Shown one piece after another: positions 29,001 through 37,189 of a stretch of DNA of 60,553 nt (its first letter is position 1; every line of letters starts with the position of its first letter). This DNA comes from Thermoplasmata archaeon (GTDB taxonomy: Archaea; Thermoplasmatota; Thermoplasmata; Lutacidiplasmatales; UBA184), in NCBI GenBank assembly GCA_022750375.1, contig JAKIVU010000001.1, positions 96,695 to 157,247 of the forward strand, written 5' to 3'. Made by a program: the position numbers and the translations under genes. Under the pieces are notes generated by a model. That model was not told where the DNA came from. It saw only the letters and a list, made by a program, of their open reading frames with translations, and did no database searches.

Positions 29001-30163
29001 CCACCGCTGCCACCCGGGCCTCCCGAGGCACTGACGGTGATCGCGTAGTAGGGTCCCGATCCAACCATGTTGTACTGGACGCCCGGTTGGGGGGACGGGG
29101 GCGCGGTCAACTCGAGCTCTTGGAGCGAGTCCCAGAGCGTCGGGCTGACGGTACTGACGTAGTTCTTGAACGCCGGGGAGGTCGAGCTGGTCGCGTTCCC
29201 AGGCAGCAGGCAGGGTCCGTCACCCTTCGGGGCGTTGGTCCCGAAGAAGCCCGGCAGTGGTGCGCCGAGATACGTGAAGGTTCCACAGGGCGTAATGCTC
29301 CCGCCGAGAGGGTCCGAGACGAGCTCGAGGTAGTAAGGCCAAGCCGCTCCCGAGCCGCCGACATTGAACGTCACGCAGCCGTTGGTCGGGAGGGTGCTCG
29401 TTGGGCAGTACGCGGAGTCGTTGACCAAGATCGAGGAGTAGACGTAGGCCGGCGTGTTGTTGTAGAGCCCATGAATCCCGCCGTCCCAACTGCCGTTTCC
29501 GGAAGGCAGGAGCGCTTGGGCCTGGATCCATCCGTTGTTGTAGCCGAACGCGGGGAGGTTCGCGAACATCAGCGTCCGGATGAAGGAGTACAGGACGTCC
29601 GAAGGGTAGACGTTCCAGCTCGTTCCGGTCGCAGGGTCGTAGAACTTCGCCGTTGCGGAAATCTCGAAGGTGTAGTATTGGGGCAGGCCGGTCGTCCCGT
29701 TGTTGAAGACCAGGCTGGTCCCGGTCTGTGCCGAACACTCCGCGGAGCCGGGAACGCAGGTCGCGATCTCGGGGACCCAGTTGCTGGGGGTCGGGCCCGT
29801 GTCGGTACCGTTGAAGGAGATCAGGGTTTCGTAAACATTGCTGATCGGTTCGTCGTCCACCGTGTAGTACGCCACGGCGGGGTCCACCGTGGGCGCGCCA
29901 CCAGGGGCGACTTCATAAATTTGGAGAGTGTTAGGATGGGGACCCGCGCCAGAAGCGGGTTTGGCGGTCGTTGTCGCAGACGGTGCGCTGGTAGATTTTG
30001 CTACCGGTGCAGCGGGGGCGGCTGACGCCGCAGGAGTCGCCGTCGTCTTGCCGGCGCTCGATAGCGGGCTGTTACTCAGCGGCGCAAGCACGCTAAGCCC
30101 GAACAACACTACCACCAAGATCGCCAACACCGTCATGAACCGCCCAATACCGCTGCCCTTCAT
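26063..30163 (-). CDS. Giant family-5 (Opp/Dpp-type) ABC substrate-binding protein with six C-terminal Ig-like repeats and TM anchor
   Basis: Signal peptide from ATG 30163; TVDPAV.Y...NVYETL, DVLYSF.R, MVGSGPY, LRQ, WGWVPDYADPTDY; six 'VTFxxxGLPxxxxWSVTxxG...NGTY' repeats; C-terminal TM. Divergent from the permease operon. Confidence 0.88.
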   Translation of the reverse strand: MKGSGIGRFMTVLAILVVVLFGLSVLAPLSNSPLSSAGKTTATPAASAAPAAPVAKSTSAPSATTTAKPASGAGPHPNTLQIYEVAPGGAPTVDPAVAYYTVDDEPISNVYETLISFNGTDTGPTPSNWVPEIATCVPGSAECSAQTGTSLVFNNGTTGLPQYYTFEISATAKFYDPATGTSWNVYPSDVLYSFIRTLMFANLPAFGYNNGWIQAQALLPSGNGSWDGGIHGLYNNTPAYVYSSILVNDSAYCPTSTLPTNGCVTFNVGGSGAAWPYYLELVSDPLGGSITPCGTFTYLGAPLPGFFGTNAPKGDGPCLLPGNATSSTSPAFKNYVSTVSPTLWDSLQELELTAPPSPQPGVQYNMVGSGPYYAITVSASGGPGGSGGYTLAADPTYVAPAGCAGQPNCLPAPGNYIPNVVVYWDNDDTLGLQEAIAGQADGFGYDESHTSTVLDLVHEGVYGLMQNIVTGDNWNMMFELTFNTTNEAAIDPNGAGATNVPGDFLSNNGLRQFLVHAYPYNTIENTIWTVDGVKYAENYGGAIPPAQSFYYPTNISWPAGDPITNPAIAGGAASWWQNITNSGSPWYDSELSACTPSTPCTFAIQGWVGAPSLDAAMSAWIASVKSLTDGAIVMYYFDITGSELYGQVGLGNGAGSLPVYNWGWVPDYADPTDYMVPFWLPNGTFSYAQGLYSTFAEPAYNNVAACGHASGSFADLAYWAGQTSILSECQGIAYSALVTWNALAAHESNITFRVLEYNMIEHVGNLLAFEVYAYTSTLVVDYGTWIAPTGINVNPSVGGGGVQTWYTWAYETNVFNVDLKQTTLPGTTVWSATLDGKTLSSTGVASTNDYVNFTGLANGSYTYTVGFVSGYGASPSNGTAVISGANDTIAITFAAFSGPTDTLTFTEAGLVSNTSWTMVVQNVGALTSQMPAIPFTLPANVSGWAYAPQVVIGYTDSGPGTTAAFTGLLAVNVNVTYTGVILTTYAVTFASTGLPPSDSWTVSLDGFTLTSTAANITFYEENNTYDFTLSVPAGLSAPANAGQVTVAGANVVVAIPMTTPLNGFALNFVQSGLPANTPWSVTVNGFGILSNGTTISFQLPNGTYSWAVATIGGWTTTWTGSEVLNGTAATVKVVFVPFTYAVTFFEGGLAAGVMWSVTVNGVATTPTSNYFTSVQLPNGTYAFTVPAIAGYTATPGSGNVIVAAGPATQVIIYGPVLPTYTVTFTTSTLPTGATWTVYFGSQTPITGTADSVSFTTTNGPWTYAITAPSGWVASPSGGTVTVNGANQTVSIGFTQVTGGGSTTTTTGFSTLAYALIGLFAVLAVIFLALALYWRGREPPSAAPPQSWESGDKPTTESNEGSSPPSS

Positions 30164-30221
30164 TCTCGATACCCCGTGCAAGAGTCCGAAGACCCTCGAG
30201 GCCTCCCCAGCTTGAAGCTCG

Positions 30222-30228
30222 ATATATA
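30222..30228 (-). promoter_or_regulatory. TATA box for the binding-protein gene
   Basis: TATATAT about 60 nt upstream of ATG 30163. Confidence 0.5.
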
Positions 30229-30677
30229 CCTTACATCGAGAAGATTTCGGGATTAGAACGACCAGTAACTCCTGGAGACGGTTCACCGGATGGGGGAGGC
30301 GTCGTGTGAGATCGTTCAAACTGGGATACCCCGAATTCATCGAAAAGAGTGACGGTCGGCCGTTCGAGTCGGGTCGCCCCTGCGTCCCCCGCCCCTTGCG
30401 TCTCGGAAAAAGTTCCTGGTCCGTCCGGTAGTGATTCTCTCGGGCTGTCCTCGGGTCGGTGTAGATCGCAACTATAGGCGGAGCGCGAAACGTCCCACCC
30501 CTCGAAAGTCGTTCTGTCGGTATCGTCGCTCGGGGCCGGTTCCGAATTCGGCACGATTGTCGGGGCGCACCGAAGGGGAAAATCGGCAATAAAGAGCTCA
30601 CTCCGGATGGCGAGAACGGTGGGCTCGGCATCGATTCCTCGAGGTCGGAGTGCGCGCGCGGTGGGAGGCCTTCTGGG

Positions 30678-30685
30678 TTTAAGTA
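30678..30685 (+). promoter_or_regulatory. TATA box for the dppBCDF-like operon
   Basis: TTTAAGTA about 30 nt upstream of ATG 30716. Confidence 0.55.
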
Positions 30686-30715
30686 CCGGCGAAAGGTGTT
30701 GGAGGGCAGGCCCCC

Positions 30716-31960
30716 ATGCGGATGTGGATTTTCATCATCCGCCGCGTGATCCTGCTGATTCCGGTCATTGTCGGGGTGATGACCATCACCTTCGCGCTGG
30801 TCAGTGCGCTGCCCGTCGATCAGCAACTGATCGCCCACTTCGGCCAGCCGGGACCCCACGACCTGTGGCTCTACAACCCGACGTTACAACCTGGACAGGG
30901 GGGGTGCCCGCCAGCTCCCAACACGCATACGTGCTCCAACTCATTCTACTACAACGCTATCGATCAGTTAGGTCTGAACCAGCCGATCCCCGTTCAATGG
31001 GGCGTCTACATCTACCACAGCCTGACGTTCCAATGGGGCACCGTTGACAACCACAGCACGGCGGCCGACGTGTTCCCGGCGATCAAGGGCCTGCCGGTTA
31101 CTACCGTACTCTCGTGGTACCTTCCCTACACCCTAGAGCTCGCTGCGTTGTCGCTCTTCCTGATCTTGCTCATCGCGATCCCACTCGGAAACCTATCGGC
31201 GGTCAGCCGAAACCGTCCCGTGGACCAAGCGGCCCGGGTGTTATCGTTTTCCGGATTCGCCATGCCGTCGTTCCTCCTGGCCTCGTTGTTACTGATGGGT
31301 TTCGTGATCGTGATAGGAACCGCGTCGCATCCTGCCTGGGTCAGCACCACCCCCTGGTGCCCAAGTGGCGAGATCACCTTCTCGGAGTTCTACGGCTCGT
31401 GGCCGTCGGCGTTATGCTTCGGCTCCTCGTCGATCTATCCCACGTGGATGGGGAGCGGGATTCACACGACCCCGACCGGGTTCCCCACGATCGACGCCCT
31501 GGTCGCCGGCCAATACTGGCTCTCCGTCGACACCGTCATCCGGATGATCCTGCCGGCGCTCGCAATCGCTTTTGGAACTATCGCCGTCCTGCTCCGGTTC
31601 GTGCGCAACAGCATGCTCGAGGTGATGAACCTCGATTTCGTGCGCACCGCGCGGGCCGAAGGGATCCCTTCGAAGACCGTCGTTTCCCGGCATGCGGGTC
31701 GCAACTCGCTCAACGTGACAATCACGGTTCTCGGCCTGACCTTCGCGAGCTTCATCGGAGGCTTCCCCGTCATCGAGTATGTCTTCCACCTGAACGGGAT
31801 CGGGCGGATGCTCGCCTATTCGATCCAGCAGAGTCAGGGAACGGTCGACTACGGGCTCATCTTCGGGACGACGCTCCTGTTCACGTTCATCATCGTGATC
31901 GCCAACATCATCGTCGACGTGCTGTACGCCTACCTGGACCCCCGGGTCCGGCTGGGGTGA
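30716..31960 (+). CDS. Opp/Dpp ABC permease (DppB/OppB-like) with Cys-containing extracellular inserts
   Basis: FIIRR.ILLIPV, LGLNQP..VQW, RNSMLEVMNLDFVRTARAEG (EAA loop), DVLYAYLDPRVR. Confidence 0.93.
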   Translation: MRMWIFIIRRVILLIPVIVGVMTITFALVSALPVDQQLIAHFGQPGPHDLWLYNPTLQPGQGGCPPAPNTHTCSNSFYYNAIDQLGLNQPIPVQWGVYIYHSLTFQWGTVDNHSTAADVFPAIKGLPVTTVLSWYLPYTLELAALSLFLILLIAIPLGNLSAVSRNRPVDQAARVLSFSGFAMPSFLLASLLLMGFVIVIGTASHPAWVSTTPWCPSGEITFSEFYGSWPSALCFGSSSIYPTWMGSGIHTTPTGFPTIDALVAGQYWLSVDTVIRMILPALAIAFGTIAVLLRFVRNSMLEVMNLDFVRTARAEGIPSKTVVSRHAGRNSLNVTITVLGLTFASFIGGFPVIEYVFHLNGIGRMLAYSIQQSQGTVDYGLIFGTTLLFTFIIVIANIIVDVLYAYLDPRVRLG

Positions 31961-31963
31961 GCC

Positions 31964-33118
31964 ACGAGCGCGACGGAAGTCTCCGCACCGGTCGCAGGGA
32001 CGCCGACGGGTCGCCGTCCGAACCCGCGGATAGCTCAGTGGAAGCGGACGTGGTACTTCCTGCGGGGCAACACGCTCGCATTGATCGGCCTCGGGATCAT
32101 CCTGGCCATCGTTCTGTTCGCCGTCTACGCCGCGACCCAGCCGACCTCCTGGAACGTCATGACCCAGTACTGTGCGACGAACCAGACCAACGGTTCCGCT
32201 CCCCAGTGCTCCCTCGGATTCCCGACCGTTTGCACGTACCCGGTCGGCTCGCCTCCCCCCGGGCCGAACTGCTACCAGACTCCCACCAATAATCCGTCCG
32301 ATATCGCTCCCACATGGAACTCCCACACGCTATCAGGTGGGCCCCTCCCGCTCGGCGCCTTGACGATCAACCCGGACGGCAACTACTTTTTTAGTACCTA
32401 CCAGGGGCTGCTCCGAGGTGCAGACTGGTCTCTGATCATTTCCGTCTCGGTCGTCGCCGCGGGCGCGCTGATCGGCCTCCTCGTCGGTGCCATCTCCGGC
32501 TTCATGGGGGGCACGGTCGACGAGTCGATCATGCGTATCGTCGACATCTTCCTCTCGATCCCTCAGATACTGTTCGTGATCATTTTCGTGGTGGTCGTTG
32601 TCACGGTGCATCCGACGTTATTCGGCTTGGGGGCCGTCCCCAGTCGAATGTTGATCCTGATCGTCGGGTTCGTGATCATCTGGTGGCCGTTCTACGCACG
32701 GGTCGTGCGCGGCCAGGTGCTCGTCGTACGGGAACAGAAGTACGTGGAAGCGGCACAGGCGAGCGGTGCGAGCCGCGGTCGGATCATCTTACGCCACATC
32801 ATCCCTAACAGCGTGTACCCGGTCTTCATCCAGCTCTCCCTGGACGTGGGGACGATCCCCCTCTTCCTCGGCTCCCTCGTCTATCTCGGATTCAGCACGA
32901 TCTTCCCCTCGCCCTACTTCCCTGAATGGGGGTCCGTCACGGCGTTGGCGGTGACGAACCTCCAGGGATTCCTCGTGACCTGCCAGGTCGCGCCGGGATG
33001 TGTCATCCCGTGGTGGCAGATTCTGTTCCCGGGTCTCGCGCTGTTCATGTACGCCATCAGCGTCAACTTCCTCTCCGACGGTCTGCGCGACGCGCTCGAC
33101 CCTCGCCTGCGGAGGTAA
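31964..33118 (+). CDS. Opp/Dpp ABC permease (DppC/OppC-like); probable start is a non-canonical ACG
   Basis: WKRTWYFLRGNTLALIG (OppC N-terminal motif), YVEAAQASGAS..RII.RHIIPN, PEWG, DGLRDALDPR. No ATG/GTG/TTG before the conserved N-terminus; ACG at 31964 follows GGTGA. ORF-track start is TTG 32081. Confidence 0.85.
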   Translation, partial: TSATEVSAPVAGTPTGRRPNPRIAQWKRTWYFLRGNTLALIGLGIILAIVLFAVYAATQPTSWNVMTQYCATNQTNGSAPQCSLGFPTVCTYPVGSPPPGPNCYQTPTNNPSDIAPTWNSHTLSGGPLPLGALTINPDGNYFFSTYQGLLRGADWSLIISVSVVAAGALIGLLVGAISGFMGGTVDESIMRIVDIFLSIPQILFVIIFVVVVVTVHPTLFGLGAVPSRMLILIVGFVIIWWPFYARVVRGQVLVVREQKYVEAAQASGASRGRIILRHIIPNSVYPVFIQLSLDVGTIPLFLGSLVYLGFSTIFPSPYFPEWGSVTALAVTNLQGFLVTCQVAPGCVIPWWQILFPGLALFMYAISVNFLSDGLRDALDPRLRR

Positions 33119-33130
33119 ATCATCGCAACC

Positions 33131-34744
33131 ATGGCCTCGAGTACCCTGCCGTCGAGCCCGGTCGCGATGCCCGAGGATGGGCCGCCGCTGGCCGATGCGG
33201 GGAACGTCTCCGAGCCCCCGGCAGACAAGGACGACTCGATCCTTTCGATCAAGGACCTACGGACGTACTTCTACACCTACGACGGGGTCGTCAAGGCGCT
33301 CGACGGGGTCACATTCAAGATCCGTCGCGGGGAAACGACCGGGCTCGTCGGTGAGACCGGCTGCGGGAAGAGCGTGACGGCGTTCTCCGTCACCCGATTG
33401 ATCTCCGACCCTCCCGGACGCGTGATGGACGGGAAGATCGTCTTCGACGGGGCCAATCTCCTCTGGCGACTCGAGGGGGAGGCCAAGTACATCACCAAGC
33501 CGAACACTCCTCGCGTGAAGGTGCGCCGGTACTTCCGTCGAATCAAGGCGGCCGACAACCGCATGACGGCGATCCGGGGCCGACGGATCGCGATGATCTT
33601 CCAGGAACCGTCGCAGGCGATGAACCCCGTCTTCTCGATCTCAAACCAGCTGAGCGAGGTCCTTCTCCTCCATCGGGGGATCAAGATCATCGACGAGATG
33701 CTTGCGGCCACCCCCGACGCCCCGGGGGTCCCCGCGGCGATCGATGCGGTAGTGAACGCCGCCAACCGACGTCAGCGTGAGGAGCTCGTAGATGCCGGGA
33801 GACATCTCGGCGACGTCGTGGGCTCCCAAGGGGCGGGCACGGAGGTCTACCATCTCGCGAGGAACGAAGGCGCCGGCAGCGACGACCTCCGTCCGAAGAT
33901 CGAGAAGGCACTCAAGCGGCTCCACCTCCGCACGACCCAGCGCCGTTACCTCGGGTACCGCCGCCACCTGATGGAGCTCCAGAACCAGCTTTACGAGGTC
34001 TATCTTTCTGAGATGCGCGAGGAGAGCCCGAAGAACGGGGAGCGGCGGGAGATCCAGCGCCGTCAGCTGTTCGAACGTCTGAAGCATTTCTACTACGGAC
34101 TCTGGGGGATCCGAGGGCAGGTCCAGAAGCCGCTCAAGACCGAGACGTTCTGGCGCTCGGTACGGCTTCTCGAAGGCGTCTCGATCGCGAACCCCGCCCA
34201 GGTCGCGCGCGGATACCCCCACGAGCTCTCGGGCGGGATGCTGCAGCGCGTCATGATCGCGATGGCGCTCTCCTCCGACCCCGACGTCCTGATCGCGGAC
34301 GAGCCGACGACCGCGCTCGACGTCACGATCCAAGCCCAGATCCTCGAACTGATGCGGGACCTGAAACACCGCGTCGGCACCTCGATCCTACTGATCACGC
34401 ACGACCTCGCGGTCATCGCGGAGGTCGCGGACCGGGTGTGCGTGATGTACGCCGGCCAAATCGTGGAACAGGGTCCGGTCGAGGACGTGTTCCGACAGCC
34501 GCTCCACCCGTATGCGCAAGGGCTGCTTGCGTCGATTCCTCGGTTCGACCAACCCGACAAGGACCTGCAATCGATCCCAGGGTCGGTTCCGAACCTGATC
34601 ACTCCCCCTCAGGGGTGCCGTTTTCACCCCCGGTGCCCCCACGCGATGCCGATCTGCAAGGTCACCCGCCCGCCGGTGACCGTGGAGGGTCCGGGGCACA
34701 CCGTAGCCTGTTATTTATACACGGGACCGGTCGCGGCCGATTAG
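33131..34744 (+). CDS. Opp/Dpp ABC ATPase (DppD-like) with large insertions
   Basis: GETGCGKS, IFQEP, LSGGMLQR, IADEPTTALD, C-terminal GCRFHPRC...C...AC; 537 aa. Confidence 0.93.
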   Translation: MASSTLPSSPVAMPEDGPPLADAGNVSEPPADKDDSILSIKDLRTYFYTYDGVVKALDGVTFKIRRGETTGLVGETGCGKSVTAFSVTRLISDPPGRVMDGKIVFDGANLLWRLEGEAKYITKPNTPRVKVRRYFRRIKAADNRMTAIRGRRIAMIFQEPSQAMNPVFSISNQLSEVLLLHRGIKIIDEMLAATPDAPGVPAAIDAVVNAANRRQREELVDAGRHLGDVVGSQGAGTEVYHLARNEGAGSDDLRPKIEKALKRLHLRTTQRRYLGYRRHLMELQNQLYEVYLSEMREESPKNGERREIQRRQLFERLKHFYYGLWGIRGQVQKPLKTETFWRSVRLLEGVSIANPAQVARGYPHELSGGMLQRVMIAMALSSDPDVLIADEPTTALDVTIQAQILELMRDLKHRVGTSILLITHDLAVIAEVADRVCVMYAGQIVEQGPVEDVFRQPLHPYAQGLLASIPRFDQPDKDLQSIPGSVPNLITPPQGCRFHPRCPHAMPICKVTRPPVTVEGPGHTVACYLYTGPVAAD

Positions 34745-34766
34745 TCGTACAGGGGAATCTGTTTCA

Positions 34767-35963
34767 ATGGAATCCGGCACGGCTCCCACGGTACTCGCGG
34801 TGCGGAACCTCCGGAAGTACTTTCCGATCAAGGGCGGCCTGCTCTCGACTCAGATCGGCGCGGTGCGCGCCGTCGATGGCGTCAGTTTCGATATCGCCCA
34901 AGGCGAGACCGTCGGACTCGTCGGAGAGTCCGGATGCGGCAAGACGACCGTCGGTCGCCTGCTCCTGCGCCTGATCGCCCCGACCGGCGGCCACACGTTC
35001 TACCGGCCGACCGACGATGCCCTCGCCCAGATCAACCGACTCTACACGACGCTCCGCCCGTTTGCCAACCAGATCGACGACGGGCGACGCGCGCTCTCCC
35101 CGAAGGCGAAGGATGCGCTCGCACAGCTCGACGTGCTCGCCGACGAATACTCGCTCTACCGTAAGTCGCGTCGTGAGATGCACGAGCTCCGCGGCAAGCT
35201 GCAGATCGTCTTCCAGGACCCGTTCAGCTCGCTCAGCCCGCGCATGCTGGTGCGCGACATCATCTCGGAGCCGCTCGCGATCCACCACTCCGGTACGCGC
35301 GCCGAGCGGTACCGTCGGGCCTCCGACCTGCTCCGACAGGTCGGTCTGAACCCCGAGCACGAGTGGCGCTTCCCGCACGAGTTCTCTGGCGGTCAACGTC
35401 AGCGGATCGGCATCGCCCGCGCACTCGCGCTCCGCCCGGACTTCATCGTGCTGGACGAGCCCACGAGTGCGCTCGATGTGTCGGTGCAGGCGCAGATCCT
35501 CAACATCCTCCGCCAGCTGCAGAACGAGCAGCGCCTCTCCTACCTGTTCATCTCGCACCACCTCTCCGTCGTGCGGGCGATCAGCCAGAAGGTCGTTGTG
35601 ATGTACCTCGGACGGGTCGTCGAGCGGGCGCCGACCGACCAGCTGTTCTCCCGACCGATGCACCCGTACACCCAGGCGCTCCTCTCGGCGATCCCGATCC
35701 CCGACCCGAGCCTGAAGCGCGAGCGGATCGTCCTGAAGGGCGACGTTCCGAGCCCGGCCGCGCCCCCGTCGGGATGCCACTTCCACACCCGTTGCCCCGC
35801 GGTGATGCCGGTCTGTTCCAAGGTCGACCCGCCGCTCCTTGAGGTCCGCGAGGGCCATTTCGTCGCCTGCCACCTTTACCCGGAGGCGGTCGCCCGGCCG
35901 ACGATGCCGGACACGACCACCCCGCCACCGGTCCCCGAAACGTTCGCCCCGTCGGCGTCGTAG
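34767..35963 (+). CDS. Opp/Dpp ABC ATPase (DppF-like) with insertion
   Basis: [38 protein letters not shown]...C...AC. Confidence 0.93.
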   Translation: MESGTAPTVLAVRNLRKYFPIKGGLLSTQIGAVRAVDGVSFDIAQGETVGLVGESGCGKTTVGRLLLRLIAPTGGHTFYRPTDDALAQINRLYTTLRPFANQIDDGRRALSPKAKDALAQLDVLADEYSLYRKSRREMHELRGKLQIVFQDPFSSLSPRMLVRDIISEPLAIHHSGTRAERYRRASDLLRQVGLNPEHEWRFPHEFSGGQRQRIGIARALALRPDFIVLDEPTSALDVSVQAQILNILRQLQNEQRLSYLFISHHLSVVRAISQKVVVMYLGRVVERAPTDQLFSRPMHPYTQALLSAIPIPDPSLKRERIVLKGDVPSPAAPPSGCHFHTRCPAVMPVCSKVDPPLLEVREGHFVACHLYPEAVARPTMPDTTTPPPVPETFAPSAS

Positions 35964-35978
35964 CGGGAGCGACGACCG

Positions 35979-36449
35979 ATGGCTCCGCCCGGGGAGGCCA
36001 TCCGCGCGACCGACGCGGACGATGTTCCCGACCCGGCGGCGGAGTTCGCCTTCGAGTCGCAGGTCGACCGGGTCCAGGACGAGAAGCGACTCGCCCGCGA
36101 GGCGCCGGACATCCCGTGGCGTACCTGGTGGTTCCATTCCGGCTCGAAATGGTACGTCGTCCTCGGGTTCCTGATCATCGATATCTGGATCCTCAGCCTC
36201 GGATTCGAGACCGGGCTGCTCGTCGTCACGGCCGCGCTGATGATCCTCGCCTTCTACGGGGAACTTCTGCTCTACCAGTACCTGTACTACTACCCGCCCG
36301 AGCGCCTGCCCGGCCACCGGACATCGTTCCGCCGCACCTGGTTCCGCCCCGTGCCGTACGGCCGATGGACGACCGAAGGGGAGGTCCTCCGGGCGGGGGG
36401 CACGGTCGCGACCCCCGAGCAGGGACCCGACCCGCGCGAGTTCCTGTAG
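35979..36449 (+). CDS. Hypothetical two-TM membrane protein
   Basis: Two hydrophobic helices, aromatic-rich; 15 nt after dppF on the same strand. Confidence 0.7.
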   Translation: MAPPGEAIRATDADDVPDPAAEFAFESQVDRVQDEKRLAREAPDIPWRTWWFHSGSKWYVVLGFLIIDIWILSLGFETGLLVVTAALMILAFYGELLLYQYLYYYPPERLPGHRTSFRRTWFRPVPYGRWTTEGEVLRAGGTVATPEQGPDPREFL

Positions 36450-36493
36450 CTCGGCCCGCCGGGGCCTAAATACGCGACGCGGTTGGCGCCTCC

Positions 36494-37189
36494 GTGCCGG
36501 CCGCCGTGCATCGACTTCGCCTCGCCCCGTCGCTCCTGAGCGCGGATTTCGCGGCGCTCGGCGACGCCGTACGGGCGGTGGAAGCGGGAGGCGCCGACGC
36601 GCTCCACCTCGACGTGATGGACGGCCACTTCGTCCCGAACATCTCCTTCGGACCGGCGCTCGTCGCCGCAGTACGCGCCCGGACCCGGCTGCCGCTCGAC
36701 GTCCACCTCATGATCAGCGAGCCGCTCCGGTACCTCGACGCGTTCCAGAAGGCCGGGGGCGACACCCTCGTCTTCCACGTGGAGTCGAACTCCGAACCGG
36801 AGGAGGTGGTCCGCCGGGTCCATGCCCTCGGGCTGGCGGTCGGGGCGGCGATCCGTCCGGATACCCCGCTCTCCGCCCTCGACCGTTTCGTCGACCGGCT
36901 CGACCAGGTCCTCGTGATGAGCGTACAACCCGGCTTCTCCGGCCAGTCGTTCCATCCCGAGGTCCTCCCGAAGGTGCGGGCGGCTCGCGAACGGATCGAC
37001 CGGGCCGGCCTCTCCGCCGATGTATCGATAGACGGCGGAGTGACGGCGGCCACGGCGACGGGGGCGGCAGAGGCGGGGGCGACGTTCTTCGTCTGCGGGA
37101 ACGCCGTGTTCGCTGGAGGGGTCGTCGCGGATAACCTGCGGCAGCTGCGCGCCGCGGTGGAGGAGGGCGTCCGCCATGCGGTTCGCTGA
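36494..37189 (+). CDS. rpe: Ribulose-phosphate 3-epimerase
   Basis: LAPSLLSADF, LHLDVMDGHFVPNISFG, DVHLMI, MSVQPGFSGQ, IDGGV. Confidence 0.96.
   Translation: MPAAVHRLRLAPSLLSADFAALGDAVRAVEAGGADALHLDVMDGHFVPNISFGPALVAAVRARTRLPLDVHLMISEPLRYLDAFQKAGGDTLVFHVESNSEPEEVVRRVHALGLAVGAAIRPDTPLSALDRFVDRLDQVLVMSVQPGFSGQSFHPEVLPKVRAARERIDRAGLSADVSIDGGVTAATATGAAEAGATFFVCGNAVFAGGVVADNLRQLRAAVEEGVRHAVR

Noticed and set aside
30164-30859. 232-codon N-terminal extension of the binding-protein ORF
   Set aside because: Non-protein-like composition and overlaps dppB antisense; the signal peptide and TATA box point to ATG 30163.
31958-31960. Selenocysteine recoding of the in-frame TGA between dppB and dppC
   Set aside because: It falls at the normal DppB C-terminus (LDPRVRLG), not a Cys-equivalent site, and no SECIS-like element is evident.
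33670-34150. Intein in the DppD-like ATPase
   Set aside because: No Cys/Ser start with His-Asn end and no homing-endonuclease motifs.
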